Assembly (NCBI RefSeq): GCF_006345805.1
Contig: NC_042999.1
Location: forward strand, 23,126,001-23,190,000
DNA: 64,000 nt
Direction of reading: 5' to 3'
Source of the DNA: Octopus sinensis
Taxonomy: Eukaryota
Shown piece by piece: positions 1 through 11,190 of this stretch (the stretch's first letter is position 1; each line of letters begins with the position of its first letter). Below the pieces are notes generated by a model. That model was not told the origin of the DNA and made no database searches. It worked only from the letters and a program-made list of their open reading frames with translations. The translations under genes were made by a program, and so were the position numbers.

Positions 1-758
1 ACATTATATATATATAACATAACATATATATATATACATATACTACATATATATACATATACCTACATATATATATATAACATACATACATATATAATAT
101 ACATATACATATATATATATACTATACATACATATATATATATACATATACATACAATATATATATACATATACATAAATATTATATCTATACAACATAT
201 ATATATATACTATACATATATATATACATATACATACATATATAATATACATACACATATATATATATATACATACATATATAATATATACATACATATA
301 TTATATATAATATACATTATATATATATATATACATATCATATATTATATATACATATATATATACATATACATACATATATTACATATACATACTATAT
401 TATATATATACATATATATAATACATATACATACAATAATATATTATTCTCATACATATATATATATATACATACATTATATATATATACATACAATATA
501 TACATATCATGACATACATATATATAGATATACATATACATATATAACATATACAATATATAAACATATATAATATACATATACATAATATCATCATCAT
601 CATCATCATCATTTAGCGTCCGTTCTCCATGCTAGCATGGGTTGGACGGTTCAACTGGGGTCTGTGAAGCTGGAAGGCTTCATCAGGCCCAGTCAGATCT
701 GGCAGTGTTTCTACGGGGATGCCCTCCTAACGCCAACCACTCCGTGAGTGTAGTGGGT

Positions 759-1270
759 GCTTTTACGTGCCACCTGCACAGGTGCCAGACAGTGCTGGCA
801 AACGGCCACGAACGGATGGTGCTTTTACGTGTCACCGGCACGGGGGCCAGGCGAGGCGGGCAACGGACACAACGGATGGTGCTTTTACGTGCCACCAACA
901 GGGGGCCAGACAGAGCTGGCAAACGGCCACGAACGGATGGTGCTTTTACGTGTCACCGGCACGGGGGCCAGGCGAGGCTGGCAACGGGCACGAACGGATG
1001 GTGCTTTTACATGCCACCGACACGGGGGCCAGACAGGGCTGGCAAACGGCCACGAACGGATGGTGCTTTTACGTGTCACCGGCACCAGACAGATCTGGCA
1101 AACGGCCACAAACGGATGGTACTTTTACGTGTCACCGGCACGGGGGCCAGGCCAGGCTGGCAACACGAACGGATGGTGCTTTTACGTGCCACCTACATGG
1201 GGGCCAGACAGGGCTGGCGAACGGCTACGAACGGATGGTACTTTTACGTGTCACCTGCACGGGGGCCCTG
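759..1270. repeat. About 60-bp GC-rich minisatellite in the RTE 3'UTR, 8 full units plus a partial
   Basis: Unit gcttttacgtg(c/t)caccggcacgggggccag...ggcaaacggccacgaacggatggt repeats in tandem. Confidence 0.95.
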
Positions 1271-1315
1271 ATGTTGATCGACCTCAATTTGGTTTGATCT
1301 TGATTTTGACTGTTC

Positions 1316-4300
1316 TCACTGGTCTTGCCGGGTTTTCTCACGCACAGCATACCTCCAAAGGTCTCGGTCACTGGTCATTTCCTTGGTGAGACCTAAAGTT
1401 CGAAGGTCGTGCTTCACCGCCTCGACCCAGGTTTTCCTGGGTCTACCTCTTCCACAGGTCCCCTCAACTGCCAGGGTGTGGCACTTTCGCACACAACTAT
1501 CTTCAGCCATTCTCATCACATGACCATACCAGCGCATACGTCTCTCTTGCACACAACAACTGATACTTCTTAGGTTCAACTTTTCTCTCAAGGTACTTAC
1601 ACTCTGTCGATTATGAACACTGACGTTACACATCCATCGGAGCATACTAGCTTCATTTCTTGCGAGCTTACGCAAATCCTCAGCAGTCACAGCCCAAGTT
1701 TCACTACCATGTAGCATGGCTGTACGTACACATGCATCATACAGTCTGCCTTTTACTTTGAGCGAGAGGCCTTTTGTCACCAGCAGAGTAAGAGCTCTCT
1801 AAACTTTGCCCAGGCTATTCTTACTCTAGCAGTTATACTCTCAGCGCACCCGCCCCCGCTACTGACTTGGTCACCTAGGTAACGGAAACTATCAACTACT
1901 TCTAGCTTTTCTCCCTGGAAAGTGACGGAAGTTGGTCTCAGAGCATTTTAGTGTTAATTGTTCCTGAGCATCTGCCACATACAAAAACCATCTTCCTAGT
2001 TAGCCTCCTTTGACATTGCTGCACCTCTTATGTGTCCATAGCTTACACTTGGTGCATCTTATAGAGTTTCTACCTACACCTTTTCTACAGATCGAGCAGG
2101 GCCATCTACCTGAAGGCGTTTGTGATTGGTCTACCTTCCTACTTATTAGGACTTTGGTTTTGGCTAGGTTGATTCTAAGGCCCTTCGATTCTAAACCTTG
2201 TTTCCATACCTGAAATTTCTCCTCTAGTTCTGATAGAGACTCAGCAATTAGAGCAAGGTCATCAGCATAGAGGAGCTCCCAGGGGCATCCTGTCTTGAAT
2301 TCCTCCGTTATTGCCTGGAGGACTATGATAAATAGGAGGGGACTGAGGACTGAACCTTGGTGGACCCCAACCTCTACCCTGAATTCTTCACTGTACTCGG
2401 TGCCAACCCTCACCTTACTAGCAGCGTCTCTGTACATGGCTTGTACAGCTTTCACTAACCATTCATCTATCCCTAGTTTCCTCATTGACCACCAGATGAG
2501 GGATCGGGGGACCCTGTCGAAGGCTTTCTCCATATCAACAAAAGCCAGGTATAGGGGCTTGTCTTTGGCTAGGTATTTCTCTTGCAGCTGTCTTACCATG
2601 AAAATAGCATCAGTAGTACTTTTCCCTGGCACGAACCCAAACTGCATCTGATCTAGGCTAACTCTCTCTCTAATTAGTTGGGCTATAACCCTCTCCGTAA
2701 CCTTCATTACCTGATCCAGCAGCTTGATACCCCTGTAGCTATTTGTATCTAGGGCGTCACCTTTACCTTTGTAGCAGCTGACTATTATGCTGCTACACCA
2801 GTCATTGGGAATGACTCCTTCGTGTATCACCTGGTTAACTATACGGGTGACTAGGCTATAGCCGACACTACCAGATATTTTGAGCATCTCTGCAGTAATT
2901 CCTGATGGGCCTGGGGCTTTCCCTGTTTCATGCTGCTTTTAATTGCCTTATCTACTAAGGAACTGTCAACTCGGATTGCTGGTCCCTCTGTTGGGTCAAC
3001 ATTCGGCAGACTCTCTTTATCCCATTCATTTTCCTCATTCAGCAACCTTTCATAGTGGCTTCTCCAAACCTCTCTCTTTGCATCCTCATTTAGCGCAAGT
3101 GAGCCGTCATCCGTGCGAACACATTTTTCTCCTACCACGTCACGATTCTCTCTCACACACTGTCTTGCTATACGAAAAACCTCAAGTCTTTCATCCTCAC
3201 GGCGCAGGACATTGGCAAATTTTTTCCTATCTGCTTCCCCTCTGGCTAAATAAACCTGCCTCCTAGCTTCCCTTCTTGCAGTCTGATACACTTCCCTGCT
3301 ACCACCGTTCTTCCAGTCCTTCCAAGCCTGTTTCTTTTGTCTAATAGCCCTGTCAACAGTATTGTTCCACCACCACGTTATTTTGGGTCTTGTGGGGACT
3401 TTGCACCAGCCACAGATCTGGTCAGTGGCTTTCAGCAGGTTGTCCCTTAGAAGCGCCCAGTTATCTTCTACCCCATTTGTAGCTATGCCCCCTTCTATTT
3501 CGTCGAAGGCTTCAAGTAACATGTCTCTAAATCTCTGTCCATTAGCAGGATCTTTAAGCTTCCAGACCCTTCTTCTCCATGTTGGTCGTCTTCTAGTCGT
3601 CCTCTTAGTCCTGATCCTAAAGTCACTGACTACCATTCTATGTTGTGGGGTACATTCTTCGCTGGGAAGGTTTTGGCATTCATAAGCAGCCATCTTTCCC
3701 TTTTTCTGGCAAGGATGTAGTCGATTTGGCTAGTATGCTGGCCCGAACGGTAGGTGACCAGGTGGCTTGTTGGTTTCCTGAAGTTAGTGTTGCAAACCAT
3801 AAGACTATTCGCATCACAGAACTCCAGCAGCCTGGTTCCCTCCTCATTGCGAGAACCATAACCATAGCCTCCATGAACGCCATAGAAGCCCTCAGCATAT
3901 CGTCCAACATGCCCATTGAAGTCACCAGCCACAAGAGAAGGTCCCTTGTTCGTCAATGAGGTGGTGGTCTGCAGTAGGGTGTCATAGAAACGGTCTTTCT
4001 GTCCATCGGGTAACCTGGCTGAGGGGCATAGGCCGATATAATAGTTGCTAAACTATGATGGAGCACTAATCTAATCTTCAATATTCTGTCACATACTCTG
4101 ACTACCTCGATAACTTTATCTACCCATTTTTCGGCAATAAGCATACCCACTCCCCGACTCCTTCAGTATTCCCGGCCCAGAAAATTTTATACCTCTGTCC
4201 TTTACCCGTGAGGAACCTAGCAGAACCTCCTCTCCACCTCACCTCTTGAATACAGCATATATCTACACACCTCCGTTCAAGCAATTCGACGATCTCACCA

Positions 4301-4332
4301 GATCTGCCTTTCAGTGTGCCAACGTTGAGAGT
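1316..4332 (-). pseudogene. RTE ORF (APE-RT), split by several 1-bp frameshifts in this assembly
   Basis: Consecutive overlapping minus-strand ORFs 4120-4512, 3953-4150, 3630-3956, 2851-3693, 2000-2887 and 1316-1780 join into one RTE polyprotein. Confidence 0.9.
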
Positions 4333-4702
4333 ACATATACATACAGTATATATATATATACATAACATACATATATATATATACATATACATACATATTA
4401 TATATAACATATACATACATATATAGATATATATATATATTATATTATATATATATACATATATATCTATATATATACATATATATAGATATACATATAT
4501 ATATATATACATATATATATATTACATATGCATATCATATATATATACATATACATACGTATATATATATACATATATATATATATACATACATATACAT
4601 ATATACATATATACTACATACATATATATACATATAGATACATACATACATATATATATATATACATATAGATACATACATACATATACATATATATATA
4701 TA

Positions 4703-5119
4703 TCAAAATAAGCAACAGGATATCAAGAGGTGATGCAGTACGACCATTTCAAGCGGCTCCATTTAATTGAACAATGCAATCATTACATCAATCTAAATGC
4801 AGGGCTATCTTCAGCTGCATAAATAAATAGAATTTTTTAATCAGTTGGACACATTAACATAATTTTACAAGTTATGACCCTAACAAACTTCATACAGTTC
4901 TTAGAAGTGTAGTATATTTTGAGCTACATTAGTAGTAACATCAGAGAATTTAAGTAAAATTATATTAATGTGTCCAACTGATGAAAAATTTCTATTTATT
5001 TATGCAGCTGAGGATAGCCCTGCATTTAGATTGCTGTAATGATTGCATTGTTCAATTAAATGGAGCTGCTTGAAATGGTCGTGCTGCATCACCTTTTGAT
5101 ATCTTGTTGCTTATTTTGA
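4703..5119. mobile_element. Fold-back (MITE-like) element with about 165-bp terminal inverted repeats
   Basis: TCAAAATAAGCAACAGGATATC... at the left end is mirrored by ...GATATCTTGTTGCTTATTTTGA; left flank is (TA)n. Confidence 0.88.
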
Positions 5120-5331
5120 TTTTATTCACCTTACTTTGAGTTGTATGGACAATACCGCACTGACTTGGTGCTTCAACTAAAGTACCTAATTCAACTGAAT
5201 CTCAATTATTTCTATAATTATATATAAATATACATACATATATATACATATATGCATACATACATATATATACATATATGCATACATACATATATATATA
5301 TATATATACATACATACATATATATATATAG

Positions 5332-5368
<37 letters not shown>

Positions 5369-5678
5369 CATATATATATATATATATACATATATATTAG
5401 ACGGTTTGGAGATGATGTACAGGTATTATATATTAGAAGAAATGAGGTACTCATAAATCTGGATGGTTTTATATTTACAGATATTTATTAATATGTCACA
5501 TTTTTTTATAAATCACATATTAGCACTTGCATCCACTCTAGTGGCTGCAAGTGCTAATATATGATTTATAAAAAAATGTGACATATTAATAAATATCTGT
5601 AAATATAAAACCATCCAGATTTCTGAGTGCCTTATTTCTTCTAATACACACACATATATATATATATGTATGTATATA

Positions 5679-5725
<47 letters not shown>

Positions 5726-6367
5726 CATATACATATACATATATATGTATGTGAATATATATATATAACGGACGTTAATTGATGATTAATTGATGTATGT
5801 GTGTATATACATATATATATATATATATGTGTATATACATATATATATATATGTGTATATACATATATATATATGTGTATATACATATATATATATGTGT
5901 CATCATCATCATCATCATCGTTTAACGTCCGCTTTCCATGCTAGCATGGGTTGGACGGTTCAACTGGGGTCTGGGAAGCCCGAAGGCTGCACCAGGCCAG
6001 TCAGATGTGGCAGTGTTTCTACAGCTGGATGCCCTTCCTAACGCCTATACGTGTGTATATATATATATATATATGTGTGTATATATATATATATATAGAT
6101 ATACATACATATATATATGCATATATATATACATATATATATGTGTTTATATGCATATATATATGTGTTTATATATATATATATAGAGAGAGAGATAGAT
6201 AGATATACATACATATACATACATATATATATATGTATATATATATACATACATATATATATGTGTCTGTGTATATATATATATATGTATATATATATAC
6301 ATATATGTGTGTGTATATATATACACACACCACACATATATATATATAGACATACATATATAGATAA

Positions 6368-6404
<37 letters not shown>

Positions 6405-6488
6405 CACACACACACACACATACATATAATTAATGATATAAGCATAGAGATAAGCATATATATCTATGGAGAATAACTGAAATCTTAC

Positions 6489-6588
6489 CTTGTCTCGACC
6501 TGCTGTTACCAAAAACACTTCATCAAAGCTAAATGTGCAAGCAGATATTGGTGCATCATGCTGCTGCAACTGAGTCACAGATGATGAT
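6489..6588 (-). CDS. TEP1: TEP1-like exon SSSVTQLQQHDAPISACTFSFDEVFLVTAGRDK, phase 2->0 (last in window; gene continues below position 1)
   Basis: Acceptor CTATCTATTGCAG, donor GTAAGA, 100 nt. Matches recalled human ELRGHEGPVSCCSFSTDGGSLATGGRDR. Confidence 0.88.
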
Positions 6589-7005
6589 CTGCAATAGATA
6601 GACATACATAACATTATCATCATCATCATCATCGTTTTAATGTTCACTTTATCATGCTTGCATGGGGGTGGAGTTTGTTGAAAGGGATTTTTCTATGGCT
6701 GGATGCTCTTCCTGTCACCAGCCTTCACCTGTTTCCAAGCAAGGTAAATAACTTCCACGTGGCCAGACATGTTTTTGTGGGATATTGGAAATGAACGACA
6801 CTGCTTGTATGATGGTGACGCTCAGTTACAACTACCATGTGGTGTGAAGACATAGTGACACAAACACACATATACATACATACATCCATAGACCATACAC
6901 ACACACACACAATGTTTTTCTACATGACAGGATTCTTTCAGTTTCCATTTATAATGATTAAAAAGATAGCAGCTTGTTCAAAAGTGATAAAACATAATAA
7001 AAATA

Positions 7006-7040
<35 letters not shown>

Positions 7041-7110
7041 AATGATAATAATAATAATAATAATGATAATAATGATAATAATAATAATGATAATAATAAT
7101 AATAATAATG

Positions 7111-7148
<38 letters not shown>

Positions 7149-7179
7149 TTTAATGATAATAATAATAATAATTTTAATG

Positions 7180-7212
<33 letters not shown>

Positions 7213-7215
<3 letters not shown>

Positions 7216-7770
7216 GCCCTGATGCAGTACCAGGCAGTGGCTCTCATGGCTTCTGATCTTAACTGATTGGAAGTGTTATCATATACATTGTTTTGTCTTG
7301 GTATAAAAGATGGGCTACAGCAAATATTCTGCTCAATAACACAGATTTGCTTGTCAGTTGTTTGACCGTAACCAGTTGAGCATGTCCCTTAGTGGCTGAC
7401 GATATGTGAATCTCTGATCACGTGCAGAAGTAGTGGGGGAGCATCATAACCATATGTTGAGAGGAATTCTTAGAGGTTTGGATAATTCACCTCTGGAAAC
7501 ATGGGTGTTTCGTTTATCATCCTTAAACAACCCTTATTCAGGGACCTTTTGAGCGGGATGGGCTACTCGACCAGAAGAAAATTCTAACTGGGCCCCACCT
7601 GCAAGGTCATGTGCTGTTTATCTTGATATGAATTCACTATTTTGAGCACACATGGTTGTGATGCATGTGCTTGGTGTACCCTTATCAGACGGGTAGTCAC
7701 GATGGGTATACTGGGCTTCGTATATTTGCATCCCAGTGTCACTTTGATGGCATGCATTGCTCTCTCACTC
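7213..7770. mobile_element. About 560-bp non-coding interspersed element embedded in (TAA)n; partial second copy at 30162-30311
   Basis: Both loci share atcttgatatg...gtacccttatcagac.ggtagtca.gatgggtata...gctctc(tc)actc, and both abut (AAT)n. Confidence 0.7.
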
Positions 7771-8121
7771 CTCCTCATCATCATCATCATCGTTTAACGT
7801 CCGTTCTCCATGCTAGCATGGGTTGGACGGTTCGACCGGGGATCTGGGAAGCCAGAAGGCTGCACCAGGCTCCAGTCTTATCTGGCAGTGTTTCTACAGC
7901 TGGATGCCCTTCCTAACGCCAACCACTCCGTGAGTGTAGTGGGTGCTTTTTACGTGCCACCTGCACAGGTGCCAGGCGAGGCTGGCAACGGCCACGGTCG
8001 GATTGGTGTATTTTATGTGCCACCGGCACGGAAGCCAGACGAGGCGGTGCTGGCATCGGCCACGAGTCGGATAGTGCTTTTTACATACCACCAGACCAGG
8101 GATCCTGGCTGGTTCAATTCG
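7771..8121 (-). mobile_element. Short RTE 3'-end copy. Similar copies at about 5898-6046, 15310-15510(+), 27457-27720, 30340-30517, 32205-32505, 34440-34650(+), 35400-35810(+), 45705-46010(+), 55605-56040(+), 56690-56877, 59135-59280, 63355-63660(+)
   Basis: All share CCGTCCAACCCATGCTAGCATGGA(A/G)AGCGGACGTTAAACGATGATGAT with the RTE 3' terminus at 591-750. Confidence 0.88.
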
Positions 8122-8125
8122 ACTC

Positions 8126-8163
<38 letters not shown>

Positions 8164-9089
8164 TAACAAGTAGCAGTAGTAGTAGTGGTGGTGGTGGTGG
8201 TAGTAATAGTAATAGTAGGTCACATTTTATATTTCACACATTTTACATAAATTCCTCTTTATGTGTATACAATCTTATTCATTTGGTTTTATTATAAGTT
8301 CCTCTTGATAGCATGCAAACATCCCCCCTGTTAGCAGCATCTTTAGATGCTGAAATTATGGTTGTCACTTGACATCTCTGGTTGATACTTTGGTGCAGCT
8401 CATATAACTTAAAACAAAGGCAAACATGAAGGTGACGAGGAGGAGGAGGGGGTGGAGAAGGGGTGGGGAGGATAATGAAGAAGGGGGTGGGAAGAGGAGG
8501 AGGATGAAGAGGTTGGGAGGATGATGAAGAAGAGGGTCGGAAGAGGAGGGGAGAAGAGGTGGGGAGGAGGAGGATGAAGAAGAGAGGTGGGAAGAGGTGA
8601 TGAAGAGGTGGGGAGGATGAAGAAGCGAGGTGGGAAGAGGAGGATGAAGAGATGGGGAGGATGATAAAGAAGAGAGGTGGGAAGAAGAGGAGGAGGATGA
8701 AGAGGTGGGCAGAAGAGGAGGATGAAGAGGTGGGGAGGATAATGAAGAAGAGGGGTGGGAGGAGGAGGAGGAGGATAGTAATGATAATGATAACAATTTC
8801 AGCAAATTACAATATTTTCTCTAACTCATGCTGGTAAGAAAATCAGCCAGTTTTGAAATTTGGGAGAAAAATGAAATTCTCAAGCTGGAAACAACATGCA
8901 AAACAACACACCAATGTGAGAGCTTTATGTGGTCACTTAGTTTGCTAGAAATAACATTCAAATCTTACACAAAATCACCTAGAAATATCCTCAAAAATGA
9001 AGGACACATTACATTGGGCAACGTGGTTGCAGATATTTGTACATTAGTATATTTTTACACTTGGAATGTATCAAAACGAAAGAAAGGAA

Positions 9090-9500
9090 AATAGTGCTGT
9101 GGAATGCTGAAGCTACAAGGATTTCAGCAAAATTAAAGCTTGTTTGGAGAACTAAGACTACAATAACAACAAAAACATTTTTAAAAAACTGTACATTATG
9201 CATGCAAATCATGGACATTAGATGCTGAAATAAGAAATAAAACCATGGCTTTTGAAATGGAATTTTATAGAAAGAGGCTTTGAATTTCTTCTGTATGACA
9301 TTGAACTCATGAGTGTGTCAGGAAATAAATTTTTGGCAACGCTATGGACAAAGAAACTGTTCTGACAATTTGTTAAAAGGTGGAAAAAGAATTGACTTGG
9401 CCATATAATGTGATTCTATGACTTCCAGCTTCTAGTCTTGCATGGAGATATCCTTAATGAAAGAAGAATAGAAAGACTGCAAAGAGGATAGTTGAGCAAC
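9090..9500 (+). mobile_element. Old, degenerate RTE-type LINE C-terminal fragment
   Basis: Translates YACKSWTLDAEIRNKTMAFEMEFYRK and, further on, LGHIM with stops, matching RTE LYGxESWT...AFEMxxYR...GHIMR. Confidence 0.65.
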
Positions 9501-11142
9501 ATGAAGCAATAAAAAAGGAGGATGGTGATGGAAAAACATTAAGTTGACTGATGAACTAAAGAGATGAAAGGAGGAGGCAGTGTGCATTGCTATGTATGTA
9601 CCTACAAAGGCTGTGAGCTGGCAGACTTGTTAGTATGTCAGAGCAGGTCTTCTGGTTCTTTACATTCTGAGTTCAAATCCTGCCAAGATCAACTTTGCTT
9701 TTCATTCTTTCAGTGTCAATAAAATAAAGTAACATATTCTTATTTCTTTATTGCCCACAAGGGGCTAAACATAGAGGGGACAAACAAGGACAGACAAAGG
9801 GATTAAGTCGATTACATCGACACCAGTGCGTAACTGGTACTTAATTTATCGACCCTGAAAGGATGAAAGGCAAAGTCGACCTCGGCAGAATTTGACGTAA
9901 TGTCAGATGAAATACCTATTTCTTTACTACCCACAAGGGGCTAAACACAGAGAGGACAAACAAGGACAGACAAGCAGATTAAGTCAATTATATCAACCCC
10001 AGTGCGTAACTGGTACTTATTTAATCGACCCTGAAAGGATGAAAGGCAAAGCTGACCTCGGCGGAATTTGAACTTAGAACGTAGCAGCAGACGAAATACC
10101 GCTAAGCATTTCACCCAGGGTGCTAACGATTCTGCCAGCTCGCCACCTTTATATATTCTACCTATCACAATTACCAGTTCAAAGCCAGAGGCAGACAGAG
10201 AAAATCCTAGTTTGATAGCATCAAGAAGTGGACAGATCACAACCCAGCAAACTGGCTACGCATGACAGAGAACAGAGACCAGTGGCAACAGCTGACTATA
10301 AAAGCATCAAGAGTGGCACCCTGAAGACTGGCTACATCAGTTAAAGGATCTTTATGATGATAATCAAGTACCGGGGTTGATGTAATGAACTCATACCCTC
10401 TCCTCGAAAAATTGCTAGCCTTGAACTCTGACATGGACGGACATCCCATTTAGAGGTAATGTTGTGATACTGGTCACTTAGATACCATAAAAACTGTGTA
10501 GCTGGCCCTATAATTCATAGGGCTCAAGGAAAACGTTTTAAAAAATGTACTTACAGCCACCTAAATCTTTGAATTTTAATATATTAACACACACATGCTT
10601 GTGTGAATATGCATTTGATGCATATATATCATACCTATTTCTTTACTACCCACAAGGGACTACACACAGAGGGAACAAACGAAGACAGACAAACGGATTA
10701 AGTCGATTATATCGACCCCAGTGCATAACTGGTACTTATTTAATCAACCCCGAAAGGATGAAAAGTAAAGTCGACCTCGGCGGAATTTGAACTCAGAACA
10801 TAGCAGCAGACGAAATACCGCTAAGCATTTCGCCCGGCATGCTAACATTTCAGCCAGCTCGCCAGATATATATCATACCTTGATACTTTGTGGACTAAGA
10901 TCCCCGTTGACAGGTTGCTAGTATTTATAGAGTGTTAAACACTATCGGTATGCAAATTAGGTACTCCTTCATAGAGTAACTGCTGTATTTGATGAGTATA
11001 TAAACAGTTTGGTTGATTGTTTCTCTGGAGACAGTCAAAATAATGTAGATGCCTCTGATGAGGACCCAATAAGGTTCCATTATTTTTTTTCGCTCTGCAG
11101 AGAAATGGATAAAATTTGCCTGGTTTACCATCCTCTCACACT

Positions 11143-11190
11143 GTCTCTGATGAAGGAATATAATAAATATCCTGGAAACAGCTGTAAGAC
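11143..11190 (+). ncRNA. Minimal type I hammerhead ribozyme motif (Penelope-like element remnant)
   Basis: GTCT-CTGATGA-AGGAATATAATAAATATCCT-G-GAAAC-AGCT-GTA-AGAC: helix I GTCT/AGAC, core CUGAUGA and GAAA, palindromic helix III ACAGCTGT. One extra G precedes GAAA. Confidence 0.6.

Larger units (their letters stand above)
591..4332 (-). mobile_element. Near-full-length RTE-clade non-LTR retrotransposon (APE endonuclease + RT + 3'UTR VNTR + (TGA)n tail)
   Basis: APE motifs TLNVGTL, CIQEVRW, AYAPQ, GDFNGHVG, SQIDYIL; RT motifs YRGIKLL, QFGF, FVDMEKAFDRV, GVHQGSVLSP, LYADD; RTE C-terminus MLHGSETW, RWYGHVMR, GRGRPRKTW. Tail seen as (CAT)n at 591-611. Confidence 0.95.

Noticed and set aside
642-1389. 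Three overlapping ORFs of about 200 aa (and 42120-42888) with repeated peptides; array superficially CRISPR-like
   Set aside because: They are read-through of the RTE 3'UTR minisatellite. The units are contiguous with no unique spacers, and the context is eukaryotic.
8290-8408. Minus-strand AG followed by LYELHQSINQRCQVTTIISASKD..., WD40-like wording
   Set aside because: It needs phase 0 where phase 2 is required, has no donor before the stop, and the genuine next exon is 6588-6489.
11050-11085. CTGATGAGGACCCAATAAGGTTCC as a second hammerhead; also CTGATGA at about 17560 and 4978
   Set aside because: No GAAA or helix III follows; the other two lie in a Helitron and a MITE without hammerhead topology.
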